Shown: in pieces, positions 19,354-28,850 of the stretch
Layout: every line of letters begins with the position of its first letter
Numbering within the stretch: position 1 is the stretch's first letter
Source: a virus
Lineage: Duplodnaviria; Caudoviricetes
Virus record (IMG/VR): IMGVR_UViG_3300025674_000014
Reading direction: 5' to 3' (one strand)
DNA: 64,000 nt
Translations under genes and position numbers: made by a program
The notes under the pieces: generated by a model
Databases searched by the model: none
Seen by the model: only the letters and a program-made list of their open reading frames with translations
Told to the model about the DNA's origin: nothing

Positions 19354-20199
19354 GTGAGTTTAGACTTTTTGTATCCCGTATCTATTACAAGAGATAGAAA
19401 AGTTCTATGTAAAGAAATAACCAATCAACATCTAATTACAATACAAAAGTATATTGAAACAGATGATAATGAACTTCTAAGTAACCATTTCGAAAATTTA
19501 ATTCATAACGTTACAGTTAAATATGAAAATCTAAATTTATTAGATAAATTTCTCATATTAATTAACATAAGAAAAAATTGCTTAGGTAACACTATTGATG
19601 TATTATCAAGTGATGGTACAAAAAATTCAATTGGGTTAACTTATGTTACAGAAAATATTTTAAACAATTACAAACATAAAAAAATAGTTGAAACATATAA
19701 TGACGTTAAGATAGTTTGTACCTTTCCTGTTAAGATATCTCATTTCGATAATTTCTATGACAACATTAGCATGATAGAAATAGAAGGTAATAAAATTTAC
19801 CTAGGAGATTTATCAATTACCGAATCTGAAGAGATATTAGAAAATATACCCTTTCAATTATTAAAGAGAGTAAAAGAGAAATCTTATCAGCTAAAACAAA
19901 AAACAATAAATCTGTTTGAAATAATAAATGAAAAGAAACCCGTTAGTTATCCATTTAATTTTAAGTCATCTGAAATATTTGAAATGTTAAAATTAAGCTT
20001 TACTAACAATCTAAAAAACTTATATTATAATCAGTATATAATGAGTAGTAAACTTAATGTACCACCCTCTGATTATAATAGAATGACTCCAGGCGAATCA
20101 AAGATAATGATTAAACATTTAGTAGATGAGTTAGAAAAACAAAATAAAAGATCCGAACAAGGAGCACCACCACCTGGAATAGGACAAATGCCTCAATAA
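19354..20199 (+). CDS. baseplate hub assembly protein (gp26-like) with gp51-like C-terminus
   Basis: FLILINIRKNCLGNTI (gp26-like). C-terminal LYYNQYIMSSKLNVPPSDYNRMTPGESKIMI (gp51-like). Confidence 0.45.
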   Translation: MSLDFLYPVSITRDRKVLCKEITNQHLITIQKYIETDDNELLSNHFENLIHNVTVKYENLNLLDKFLILINIRKNCLGNTIDVLSSDGTKNSIGLTYVTENILNNYKHKKIVETYNDVKIVCTFPVKISHFDNFYDNISMIEIEGNKIYLGDLSITESEEILENIPFQLLKRVKEKSYQLKQKTINLFEIINEKKPVSYPFNFKSSEIFEMLKLSFTNNLKNLYYNQYIMSSKLNVPPSDYNRMTPGESKIMIKHLVDELEKQNKRSEQGAPPPGIGQMPQ

Positions 20200-20208
20200 A
20201 TCATATAT

Positions 20209-20397
20209 ATGTCACTTAACAACGAAGAAATTGGAAAAATTAACACCCTTTTTAAGCAATTAGACGAAAAGGATTCACAAATCAATAGTTTACGTAACGA
20301 GCTTGAAAGCTACCGTAGTATTGTAACTGAGATGAATACTAAACTAGATACTCTTATTGGAGTACTTGGTGAAAAGAAAACAGCTAAAGCTAAATAA
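20209..20397 (+). CDS. small coiled-coil protein
   Basis: 62-aa heptad-rich ORF. Confidence 0.6.
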   Translation: MSLNNEEIGKINTLFKQLDEKDSQINSLRNELESYRSIVTEMNTKLDTLIGVLGEKKTAKAK

Positions 20398-20405
20398 ATA
20401 TTTGC

Positions 20406-20639
20406 ATGCCAGATGCACTGTTAACTGTTTCTATCCACGATGATTACACTATTAAAACTGTAGATGTTAACACCGGTGCAATAAAAAACATAAGACACGT
20501 AGGTGGCAAAATTATTCAAGGCCCTGTCATTACCGATGACAGGGTTACTGTTACAGTTCAAGAACCTTCCGGTAAGATTGGAAAAATATATACCATATCT
20601 AACCTTTTTCTTAAGAAAACATTTGTAGTTACAGCTTGA
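20406..20639 (+). CDS. hypothetical protein
   Basis: 77-aa beta-rich ORF with TAAATA upstream. Confidence 0.6.
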   Translation: MPDALLTVSIHDDYTIKTVDVNTGAIKNIRHVGGKIIQGPVITDDRVTVTVQEPSGKIGKIYTISNLFLKKTFVVTA

Positions 20640-20669
20640 AATCTTTAGGATAATACATATTATAACTAT

Positions 20670-21140
20670 ATGTTGCCTTTAGATTTAACAAATGAGTTAT
20701 CTCTTGATCTAAACTATATAGATCATAAGAATTTAAGTGTAGATGGAACCAGTCTCTTTTATGGATTTCAAGTAAAAAATCAATATGATGAAAAACGACT
20801 ACTTATTGATGAATCTTTAAGTCCAATCAGAATACAGCATAAAGACACCGATAAACATTTTTACGGTATTCAATTAGAAGGCAACAAAACATATGATAAT
20901 TTAAAACAGCATTTGTTTTATCATATGTCTGATAAAGAATACCGTTTACTTTTTTCTGAGTTTAATATAGAAACTCAAAACTCGTACGAGTTGTACAATT
21001 TTGGTATTTTTCCATTTGATAAATTATCAGATTTATGTAATTTATCTTTCGAAAGTGGTAGATTTTTTGCTAATACCGAAGTACCTTTTTACCAGAGAAT
21101 TTCAGGGTTAACCCCTTATATATTTGTAGATAAGAATTGA
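20670..21140 (+). CDS. hypothetical protein
   Basis: 156-aa ORF behind a TTGAAA-16 nt-TATTAT promoter. Confidence 0.65.
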   Translation: MLPLDLTNELSLDLNYIDHKNLSVDGTSLFYGFQVKNQYDEKRLLIDESLSPIRIQHKDTDKHFYGIQLEGNKTYDNLKQHLFYHMSDKEYRLLFSEFNIETQNSYELYNFGIFPFDKLSDLCNLSFESGRFFANTEVPFYQRISGLTPYIFVDKN

Positions 21141-21141
21141 T

Positions 21142-23592
21142 ATGAATGTAATTAAGAGAAATGGACGGAAAGCAGCTTTTGATGAAAGTAAAATCAAAGC
21201 GTGTATTGAACGAGCTTGCGAAGGACTAGATAATGTCGATCATGATCAAATACTTTACAATGCCCGAATCAAACTATTTGACGGGGTAAAGACATCAGAC
21301 ATTGACAAATCATTAATTAAGTCAGCTAGAGCATTGATTGAACAAGAACCTCTGTATAAAAAGGTAGCAGCGCGACTACTTCACAAGACAATTGTTAAGG
21401 AAGTGTTTCAAGAAAGTGCCGATCAAGATGCATACGAGTTACAATATCGTAAAACGTTTATTGTTAACATGAAAGCTCTAATCAAGTACGGGCTTGTATC
21501 AAAAGAGCTACGTAAATTTGATCTTACCGAACTATCTAACTATCTTAAACTCGAAAGAGATGATAAGTTTGAGTATCTTGGCTTACAAACAATTTATGAC
21601 CGGTATCTTTTGCATATCGATCAAAAGAGGTATGAAACACCTCAAGCATTTTGGATGAGAGTTGCAATGGGGCTTGCAATCAAAGAGGAGAATAAAACAG
21701 AATGGGCGAAAAAGTTCTACGATGTCTTATCTACATTTACATTCATGTCATCGACGCCTACATTGTTTAATTCGGGTTGTGTGCATAACCAACTCTCATC
21801 CTGTTTCCTTTCAACCTTTGAAGATAGCATAGATGGTATCTTTGATGGTTTACATCAAGAGGCTTTGAAGAGTAAATACGCTGGTGGGCTTGGTATGGAC
21901 CTAACTCCATTCAGACCAGCTGGTAATCATATCAGAGGTACTAACGGTCTATCGCAAGGGGCTGTTTATTTCTGGAAGATTTATAATGACATGCTAGTAG
22001 CAGTTAACCAAGGTGGTAAACGTAAGGGTGCTGGATGTGGTTATCTTGAGTCTTGGCATGGTGAGATTAACGAATTTCTTGAACTAAAGAAAAACACAGG
22101 TGATGAACGTAAACGTACACATGATATGAATACGGCCAATTGGATTCCTGACTTGTTTATGAAGCAAGTTAAGAAGAATAGTGATTGGTATTTGTTCAGC
22201 CCATATGAATGTCCGAAACTTCACGAAAGCTGGGGTGAAGAGTTCGAAAATGAGTATGCAGAATGTGTTAAAAAGGGCAAAGCTGGTGAGCTCAAGACGT
22301 TCAAGAAGGTAGATGCGAAGGAACTTTGGAAGAAGATGCTCCGAATGATCTTCGAAACGGGTCACCCGTGGATTACATTCAAAGATCCTTCGAATCTACG
22401 TTACAGTAATCAACATGAAGGTGTTGTTCATAGTTCTAACCTTTGTACCGAAATTTTACTTCATACAAAACCAAGTACATACAAGGAAGATGGTAGCCGT
22501 AAGGTGAAAGAGTATGGTGAAACGGCTGTATGTAACTTAGGTAGTATTAATTTACGTGAACACATAGTACAAAAAGATATAAACTACCACAAGTTACAGA
22601 GTACAATTGAAATTGCTATTCGAATGTTGGATAATGTTATCGATATTAACTTTTACCCAACAGAAGAGGCTAGAAACTCTAATACAAAACACAGACCTAT
22701 TGGTTTAGGTTCAATGGGCTGGCATGATATGTTTTACTATCTTGATCTCAACATGGATTCCGATGAAGCTATCGAGTTATCTGGTAAGCTTTACGAGTTT
22801 ATTTCATATCATGCTATCTTGACCAGTTCTAAACTATCAAAAGAACGTGGAAGTTATTCAACATACAGTGGGTCACTATGGGATAAAGGTTTGCTACCTG
22901 TAGATACCTATAAAAAACTGTGTGAATACCGTGGCAGAGAGTTTGATGCGGTAGAAACCCTTGATTGGTCAGTGGTTAGAAACCATATTAAACGTCATGG
23001 TATGCGTAATTCTAATACAATGGCTATTGCTCCTACCGCAACTATTAGTAGTATTGTTGGGTGTGCCCAAAGTATTGAACCGTATTACAATAATATCTTT
23101 GTTTACAGTACGTTATCAGGTGATTTTACTATGATCAACGATGCGTTTATCAGAGATATGAAAGCTATCGGTTCTTGGAATATAGAAGCGTTAGAAAATC
23201 TTAAAGCATGTAACGGAGATTTGACGCTCTATGAGTTTCCTAAGGGGGTAAGTAGAGAAGATAAGTTACGGTTAAAAGATAAGTATAAAACAGCTTTCCA
23301 ACAGGATCAACTTAAATTGATCTCTGCTGCAGCAGCAAGACAAGTATGGATTGACCAAGGTCAAAGCTTGAATTTATACAACGATCAAACGTCACTTAAA
23401 ATACTAAACGATATGTATATGCATGCTTGGGAAGTAGGGTTAAAAACAACATACTACTTACGTAATAAAGGTGCAAGTCAGATTGAAAAAAGTACGGTTA
23501 AAACAGTAAAGAAAGAAGAAGTTACTGCAGCTCAAGAAAGTACAGTAGTTGCATGTAGTATTGATAATCCAGATTGTGAATCATGTCAGTAA
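21142..23592 (+). CDS. nrdA: class I ribonucleotide reductase alpha subunit
   Basis: N-terminal ATP cone, SSCFL, SNLCTEI, VCNLGS, APTATIS, TTYYLR and C-terminal CESC. Confidence 0.95.
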   Translation: MNVIKRNGRKAAFDESKIKACIERACEGLDNVDHDQILYNARIKLFDGVKTSDIDKSLIKSARALIEQEPLYKKVAARLLHKTIVKEVFQESADQDAYELQYRKTFIVNMKALIKYGLVSKELRKFDLTELSNYLKLERDDKFEYLGLQTIYDRYLLHIDQKRYETPQAFWMRVAMGLAIKEENKTEWAKKFYDVLSTFTFMSSTPTLFNSGCVHNQLSSCFLSTFEDSIDGIFDGLHQEALKSKYAGGLGMDLTPFRPAGNHIRGTNGLSQGAVYFWKIYNDMLVAVNQGGKRKGAGCGYLESWHGEINEFLELKKNTGDERKRTHDMNTANWIPDLFMKQVKKNSDWYLFSPYECPKLHESWGEEFENEYAECVKKGKAGELKTFKKVDAKELWKKMLRMIFETGHPWITFKDPSNLRYSNQHEGVVHSSNLCTEILLHTKPSTYKEDGSRKVKEYGETAVCNLGSINLREHIVQKDINYHKLQSTIEIAIRMLDNVIDINFYPTEEARNSNTKHRPIGLGSMGWHDMFYYLDLNMDSDEAIELSGKLYEFISYHAILTSSKLSKERGSYSTYSGSLWDKGLLPVDTYKKLCEYRGREFDAVETLDWSVVRNHIKRHGMRNSNTMAIAPTATISSIVGCAQSIEPYYNNIFVYSTLSGDFTMINDAFIRDMKAIGSWNIEALENLKACNGDLTLYEFPKGVSREDKLRLKDKYKTAFQQDQLKLISAAAARQVWIDQGQSLNLYNDQTSLKILNDMYMHAWEVGLKTTYYLRNKGASQIEKSTVKTVKKEEVTAAQESTVVACSIDNPDCESCQ

Positions 23593-23801
23593 GATTATCC
23601 ACAGATCAGTTAAATTTATTAACTGAAGATGAATTAAATCTAGTCCTTTATGTTGTTAATCAGCATATGGGACTAGATCCCGTATTTATCAAATCTATTA
23701 AGAAGAAAAAAATTCATGAAACTTTTCTTAACATAGAAAACACGCTATCTCCAACCGGAAGAGATGTGTTTGAAAATTTATCAAAAAAAATCTTCTTGTG
23801 A
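23583..23801 (+). CDS. hypothetical protein
   Basis: 72-aa ORF between nrdA and nrdB. Confidence 0.55.
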   Translation: MSVRLSTDQLNLLTEDELNLVLYVVNQHMGLDPVFIKSIKKKKIHETFLNIENTLSPTGRDVFENLSKKIFL

Positions 23802-23832
23802 TATTACGCTGAGTATATATAATTATTTTTAT

Positions 23833-24831
23833 ATGGCAAAGACGGGTCAAATTCTTTCAAACGATTCAGCAGGTGTAAATCAAATTCTACCACATGTAAA
23901 TAAATGGGCATGGGATCTTTACAAGACAGGTAAACGTAATAATTGGGATCCAGAAGAGATTCCAATGACAAGAGATATACAAAATTGGAATAGTGATTTA
24001 CTTACTGATGAAGAAAAACATGTAGCTAAACGTACTCTTGGTTTCTTTGCTGGTAGTGAAAGTCTTGTTGGTAATAATTTAGTAACATTATACAAATACA
24101 TTACAGACCCAGAATGTAGGCAGTATATGTCTCGTCAAATTTGGGAAGAATGTTTACATAACGATACAATTGTTCATATTTGTGATTCCCTTTCTTTAGA
24201 TATTGCAGAAGTGTATGAAGCATATAGCAATATTCCGTCAATTAAAGCTAAAGACGAATTCTTGATGAATGTTACCAGGGGTATTTCAAAAGATATTGAT
24301 GTTGATACATTTGAAGGTAAACAAGAATTATTAAAAGCAGCTTTCTTGTACTGGATTGTTTGTGAAGGTACATTTTTCTTCTCTGGTTTTGCTATGTTAC
24401 TTTCAATGAAGGATAAGTTACCTGGTATTGGTGAACAAATTGAATATACTCTTCGTGATGAAAGTAACCATATTAAGTTTGGTTCGACTCTTATTAACAA
24501 AATTAAGGAACAACACCCAGAAGTTTGGACAGAAGAGTTTGTAGAAGAGTTAACTGAAATTTTAATGGATGCGGTTGAGCTGGAAATTGCATATGCAAGA
24601 GATGTTTTACCTAATGGTATTTTAGGTCTTAATGCTGATATGTTTGTAGAGTACATGCAATATATTGGTAACCGAAGACTTGAAGGTGTTGGTATTGAAC
24701 ATCGATTTGAATCTGATCGTAATCCTTTTGACTTTTTATCTGAAGTACAAGACTTGTTAAAAGCTAAAAACTTTTTTGAAACTCGTGTTATTGAGTATCA
24801 ATCCAGTGGTGCTTTGGTGGATGATTTCTAA
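23833..24831 (+). CDS. nrdB: ribonucleotide reductase beta subunit with class Ic (R2c) signature
   Basis: NNWDP, FFAGSESLVGNN, EECLHNDTI, CEGTFFFSGF, RDESNH and NFFETRVIEYQ. Start placed at the ATG at 23833. Confidence 0.92.
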   Translation: MAKTGQILSNDSAGVNQILPHVNKWAWDLYKTGKRNNWDPEEIPMTRDIQNWNSDLLTDEEKHVAKRTLGFFAGSESLVGNNLVTLYKYITDPECRQYMSRQIWEECLHNDTIVHICDSLSLDIAEVYEAYSNIPSIKAKDEFLMNVTRGISKDIDVDTFEGKQELLKAAFLYWIVCEGTFFFSGFAMLLSMKDKLPGIGEQIEYTLRDESNHIKFGSTLINKIKEQHPEVWTEEFVEELTEILMDAVELEIAYARDVLPNGILGLNADMFVEYMQYIGNRRLEGVGIEHRFESDRNPFDFLSEVQDLLKAKNFFETRVIEYQSSGALVDDF

Positions 24832-24851
24832 TATCATCATATAATTTATAA

Positions 24852-25424
24852 ATGAACTTTATTACATATTCAGCCGGTAGAAAATTCTTTCTTGAAAGAT
24901 GTCATTTTTTGCAATATTATGACGAGTGGGCTTATGATTATACACATAATGATATTGTACCTTACTGGGATGAAAATAATTACTGGGATAAATTTCCTAT
25001 TAAGTTAGGTTTTGAATTTAAAAACACTATTTCATTACCTGGTAAAAATATTGTTGGTGGTATTGCTTATACTTTTGAAAATTACGAGTTACATATTAAG
25101 AGATTGTTTACTTGTAAACGATATAGACGCCAAGGTGTAGCTAAACAGCTATTAAAAGAAGCGTGGTCTACTGGTTACAATAATGATTGTAGTCGTATTA
25201 GAATGTGGTGTGATAAAGATGCAGTATCATTTTATACTAAGTTAGGGTTTTCATATCTCGGTACTAATAATAAAGGATATGCTTATGTTTATATGCCAAT
25301 GTTAAACGAAAGTATGACAGAATCATTAAATACAACAAAGGGTATTAATCCATGGAGACTTTTAATAGAACGTTCTATAAAAATACCGGATGAGGCAAAA
25401 GTATTTTCTCTGTTGCATGTATAA
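24852..25424 (+). CDS. GNAT-family acetyltransferase
   Basis: LFTCKRYRRQGVAKQLL and AVSFYTKLGF. Confidence 0.8.
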   Translation: MNFITYSAGRKFFLERCHFLQYYDEWAYDYTHNDIVPYWDENNYWDKFPIKLGFEFKNTISLPGKNIVGGIAYTFENYELHIKRLFTCKRYRRQGVAKQLLKEAWSTGYNNDCSRIRMWCDKDAVSFYTKLGFSYLGTNNKGYAYVYMPMLNESMTESLNTTKGINPWRLLIERSIKIPDEAKVFSLLHV

Positions 25425-25512
25425 TTTTGAAGGAGTATAAACATGTAAATAAAAGAGGGGTGGGTAGGTGGGATTTTTTTGATTTTTATGGGATAGTAGC
25501 TTAAATAATTTT

Positions 25513-25929
25513 ATGAGTAAATTATTAAGTGTTTTAGGAAGTCCGAGAGCGGGACGGTACAGCTCTGATCTATTAGATACCTTTTTCAACGATCCATTTT
25601 TTTCGTTAGGAAAATCCTCCTTTACGGACGATAAGGTAAGATTTAATCAACAAAATACCCAATTTACATGTGAAATTGATCTTCCTGGTGTAACTAAAGA
25701 GAACCTTAAAATGACAGTAGAAGGGGATCAAGTATATATCAACGCTTCTAGAAATATTACAACTAGTGGTGGTACAAAAGAAGAAAGTTATAACAGGTCG
25801 TTCGGTTTCGATACTAGAGTTTATGACGTAAATCAGTTAGATGCAACGTTAGAACATGGCGTACTTCGTATTGTAGTACCTTCAATTAAGAAGTCTAAGA
25901 AAGAAGTAAAAGAAATCGTAGTTAAGTAA
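25513..25929 (+). CDS. small heat shock protein (Hsp20)
   Basis: EIDLPGV and ATLEHGVLRIVVP (alpha-crystallin domain). Confidence 0.9.
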   Translation: MSKLLSVLGSPRAGRYSSDLLDTFFNDPFFSLGKSSFTDDKVRFNQQNTQFTCEIDLPGVTKENLKMTVEGDQVYINASRNITTSGGTKEESYNRSFGFDTRVYDVNQLDATLEHGVLRIVVPSIKKSKKEVKEIVVK

Positions 25930-25941
25930 AATTATTCGTAT

Positions 25942-25970
25942 GAGCGGTCACTTCGGTGGCCGCTTTTTTT
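25942..25970 (+). terminator. intrinsic terminator
   Basis: AGCGGTCAC-TTCG-GTGGCCGCT followed by a T-run. Confidence 0.85.
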
Positions 25971-26003
25971 ATGGATATAGTTGGATATTTTTTAAATTAA
26001 TAT

Positions 26004-26987
26004 ATGGATTGTGTCGTAACTGCTCTATACGAAGTCGAACCGTATTTTTTAGACGGTGACCCGTATAGACCTACGTTATGTAGACAAATGGCATTTGATT
26101 ATTATGTAGGTGGGTTGTATAGTCTCAAGGGTCTTAATAAAGATATAATTTTATTTTGTAATGATAGACCTATAAACTTCAGAGGTAAAGATATTACACC
26201 TAAAGAAGTGATTGATCAAATAATTCCCGATAAAGATTTTACAAAACAAATAAAATTTGTACCAATAAGTTTACCTAAATTTTATACTAAATACGATAAA
26301 CATTGGGAACAGTGTACTAAAATAGCTCAAAATAATCCTGATAGGTTACTTTGTTGGAACCCACCAATGGCTTGTTGTAGGGGTGATATATTTGATTACG
26401 TTTTTAAAAATTATAATTACGATACTGCTATTTGGTTTGATGCAGCGTTATCTAATGAATCGTACGTTAGTACAAAGTATGGCGGTACGTGGCATGATTG
26501 GGAATTAAATGATTGGAAAAATTATTACCCAGATAATAAAGAAGCTATTTTTTGTCCAGATTTTTATAATAATATAGGTAAGATTGTTAAAGAGTATGGT
26601 AATATTATTTGTGGTTTGAATTGGATGAATTTAGAACCTAAAGATTTCATCAAACAACAATTAATAAAAAATAACAACCCTACATTTTACAATTTTTCAT
26701 CAACAGGAGCATTTTTAGGATTTACTAAAGATTATTTTTATAATAATTTTTATAATGATTATAATAAAGCATTAGATACGTTTATAGATAATTATGATGA
26801 TATATTTACAGAAATAGAAGTGTTTTCATATATGAATATGTTTAAAGACTTTGCTAAAGTTATGTGGACTAGTTTTCACTCTAATATATTCGATGGTAGT
26901 ATGCAAAAAGCATTTTTAGATATTGTTGATGGTAACTTTAAAGTGAGATTTAATGATAGTTTAGGCAAGGAGAATTTAAATGAATAA
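26004..26987 (+). CDS. divergent HtrL/YibB(WlaTC)-like glycosyltransferase
   Basis: VVTALYE, AIWFDAA, GAFLG and FTEIEVFS parallel the HtrL domain of the 867-aa protein. Confidence 0.45.
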   Translation: MDCVVTALYEVEPYFLDGDPYRPTLCRQMAFDYYVGGLYSLKGLNKDIILFCNDRPINFRGKDITPKEVIDQIIPDKDFTKQIKFVPISLPKFYTKYDKHWEQCTKIAQNNPDRLLCWNPPMACCRGDIFDYVFKNYNYDTAIWFDAALSNESYVSTKYGGTWHDWELNDWKNYYPDNKEAIFCPDFYNNIGKIVKEYGNIICGLNWMNLEPKDFIKQQLIKNNNPTFYNFSSTGAFLGFTKDYFYNNFYNDYNKALDTFIDNYDDIFTEIEVFSYMNMFKDFAKVMWTSFHSNIFDGSMQKAFLDIVDGNFKVRFNDSLGKENLNE

Positions 26988-27687
26988 AACAACAAAATAT
27001 GCATTAGTTATACCTACATTTGAAAATAATATAGGTTATAAATTAGCAGCTATAGACACCTACTTAAAAGAATTACCAAAAAATGTAGACATATTCTTTG
27101 TATATGGTGGTAAAGTAGATGAGGTTAATAAAGTTTTTAGGAACGGTGTAGAATTTTACGATGTTTATTGTAATACACCCGATAGAATAGAAGTGCTTCA
27201 TAAAAAACTTTTTTACTTCTTTAAAAAATTTAAAAAACAACTTTTAGAATATGATTATATTGTAAAAGTAGATGATGATGCATTTATCATGAATGTTGAT
27301 GCATTTACCACAAGTAAATTTTCAGGAGATTATATTGGTAATAAAGTAGATATAAATGATAAAAATGAAGAACAATTAAGAAGTAAATTGAATCATCTAA
27401 AAAATTATAAAGTAAGGGACAAATATACTGGTGATTTACCAAGTAACTTTTGTTCTGGAGAATTCGTTATTTTTTCCAATAAATCATTACAAGTACTTTT
27501 ATCTTATAATGGTGGGTTAAAAAGAAAAAATTATGGTTTAGAAGATATTTTTATAGGTGATATTTTAACTCAAAATGATATAAAAATTACTATAAATAAA
27601 GTTTTTAATATAGAACACCCAGTAACTGAGCCTAACTTTTACAAACTTTATACCACACATTATGAAAAAGTAGTTGAAAAGGTTTGA
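26980..27687 (+). CDS. GT31/galactosyltransferase-like glycosyltransferase
   Basis: DYIVKVDDDAF, FCSGEFVIFS and LEDIFIG. Confidence 0.7.
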   Translation: MNKTTKYALVIPTFENNIGYKLAAIDTYLKELPKNVDIFFVYGGKVDEVNKVFRNGVEFYDVYCNTPDRIEVLHKKLFYFFKKFKKQLLEYDYIVKVDDDAFIMNVDAFTTSKFSGDYIGNKVDINDKNEEQLRSKLNHLKNYKVRDKYTGDLPSNFCSGEFVIFSNKSLQVLLSYNGGLKRKNYGLEDIFIGDILTQNDIKITINKVFNIEHPVTEPNFYKLYTTHYEKVVEKV

Positions 27688-27692
27688 CTATG

Positions 27693-27710
27693 TATAAATA
27701 GATATAAATA
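27693..27710 (+). promoter_or_regulatory. two tandem TATAAATA late promoters
   Basis: Exact TATAAATA at 27693-27700 and at 27703-27710. Confidence 0.55.
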
Positions 27711-27716
27711 AATTTG

Positions 27717-27808
27717 ACCATGCAAGTTAGTTTGTGGGTTATAATGCCTGTGGTGGGGCTTATAACTAAGTAGGTGGGACTTGCATGGTTTTTTTTGTCT
27801 TTTTTTTT
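27717..27808 (+). ncRNA. candidate late small RNA / long hairpin
   Basis: 11-bp outer stem (27717-27727 with 27779-27789), inner GTTATAA/TTATAAC stem, then T-tracts. Confidence 0.35.
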
Positions 27809-27818
27809 AATTATCTAT

Positions 27819-28610
27819 ATGAAAGTTCTCGTTATTGGAGAAAAATGTATAGATAAATTTACTTACGGTAAAGCTTTTCGATTATGCCCTGATTATCCTG
27901 CACCTGTATTCACCCCCGGTAGAGAAGTTATTGATGACGGTATGGCAGGTAACGTTGTTAACAACTTAAAAAGTTTAGGTATTGAACCTGACTTTTACCA
28001 CAATAGAGAAGAATTAACTAAACAACGTTATGTGGATGAACTTACAAACCACACTTTTCTTAGAGTAGATAATACTGACAGAGTTGCAAACTTAGATGCT
28101 TCTAAATTAATGGTTGGGCGAACATTAAACGATTATGATTGTGTTGTTATATCTGATTACTGTAAGGGATTCCTTTCGGAAAATAGTATAGAATATATTT
28201 GTAGGTTACACGGTAATGTTATTATTGAAACTAAAAAGGTACTTGGAGATTATTGTAAGAAAGCAAAATTTGTAAAAATGAACGAGAAAGAATATGAGGA
28301 TATTAAACCTTATATTAATCTTGAAGAATGGAAGGATAAATTAATTGTTACTTTAGGTGATAAAGGATGTTTATATAACGGTAAAATTTACCCAGTAGAT
28401 AAAGTTGAAGTTTTTGATTTATGTGGAGCCGGAGATACTTGGTTAGCTACTTTTGTTTATGGTATGTTAAAACATAAAGATACAGAACTAGCTATACCTT
28501 TAGCTAACAAAGCAGCAACTCAAGTAGTACAAAGAAGAGGTGTCGTAGCAGTTTATAGTAGACAAAACGAAAAAGGAGAACACGAGATTGTTAAAAAATT
28601 GAAATGCTAA
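27819..28610 (+). CDS. PfkB-family sugar kinase, HldE/RfaE heptose-7-phosphate kinase domain
   Basis: IDKFTYG..RLCPDYPAP, GMAGNV, VISDYCKG, VTLGDKG and CGAGDT. Start placed at the ATG at 27819. Confidence 0.8.
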   Translation: MKVLVIGEKCIDKFTYGKAFRLCPDYPAPVFTPGREVIDDGMAGNVVNNLKSLGIEPDFYHNREELTKQRYVDELTNHTFLRVDNTDRVANLDASKLMVGRTLNDYDCVVISDYCKGFLSENSIEYICRLHGNVIIETKKVLGDYCKKAKFVKMNEKEYEDIKPYINLEEWKDKLIVTLGDKGCLYNGKIYPVDKVEVFDLCGAGDTWLATFVYGMLKHKDTELAIPLANKAATQVVQRRGVVAVYSRQNEKGEHEIVKKLKC

Positions 28611-28631
28611 GATTGTATATATAATACATTT

Positions 28632-28850
28632 ATGGCTAAAAAGTATAATCTTAAACCTTGTCCTTTTTGTAACAGTAAAAAATTGATTGAATGGCAAATG
28701 TTAGGTAGCCAGCGTTTTTGGAATATTATGTGTACAAAATGCGGTGCAATGGGACCGCAAATAGAAAATGACCACAAACCTACTGCTATCAGATGTATAA
28801 GTGAATCGTGGAATAGAAGAATAAATAGTAACGATGTTATTCAAGATTAA
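28632..28850 (+). CDS. Lar-like zinc-finger protein
   Basis: LKPCPFC...CTKCGAMGP...WNRR. Confidence 0.7.
   Translation: MAKKYNLKPCPFCNSKKLIEWQMLGSQRFWNIMCTKCGAMGPQIENDHKPTAIRCISESWNRRINSNDVIQD

Noticed and set aside
12573-24831. Introns, inteins or homing endonucleases in gp17, nrdA or nrdB
   Set aside because: The ORFs are uninterrupted and of ordinary length, with no intein or endonuclease motifs visible.
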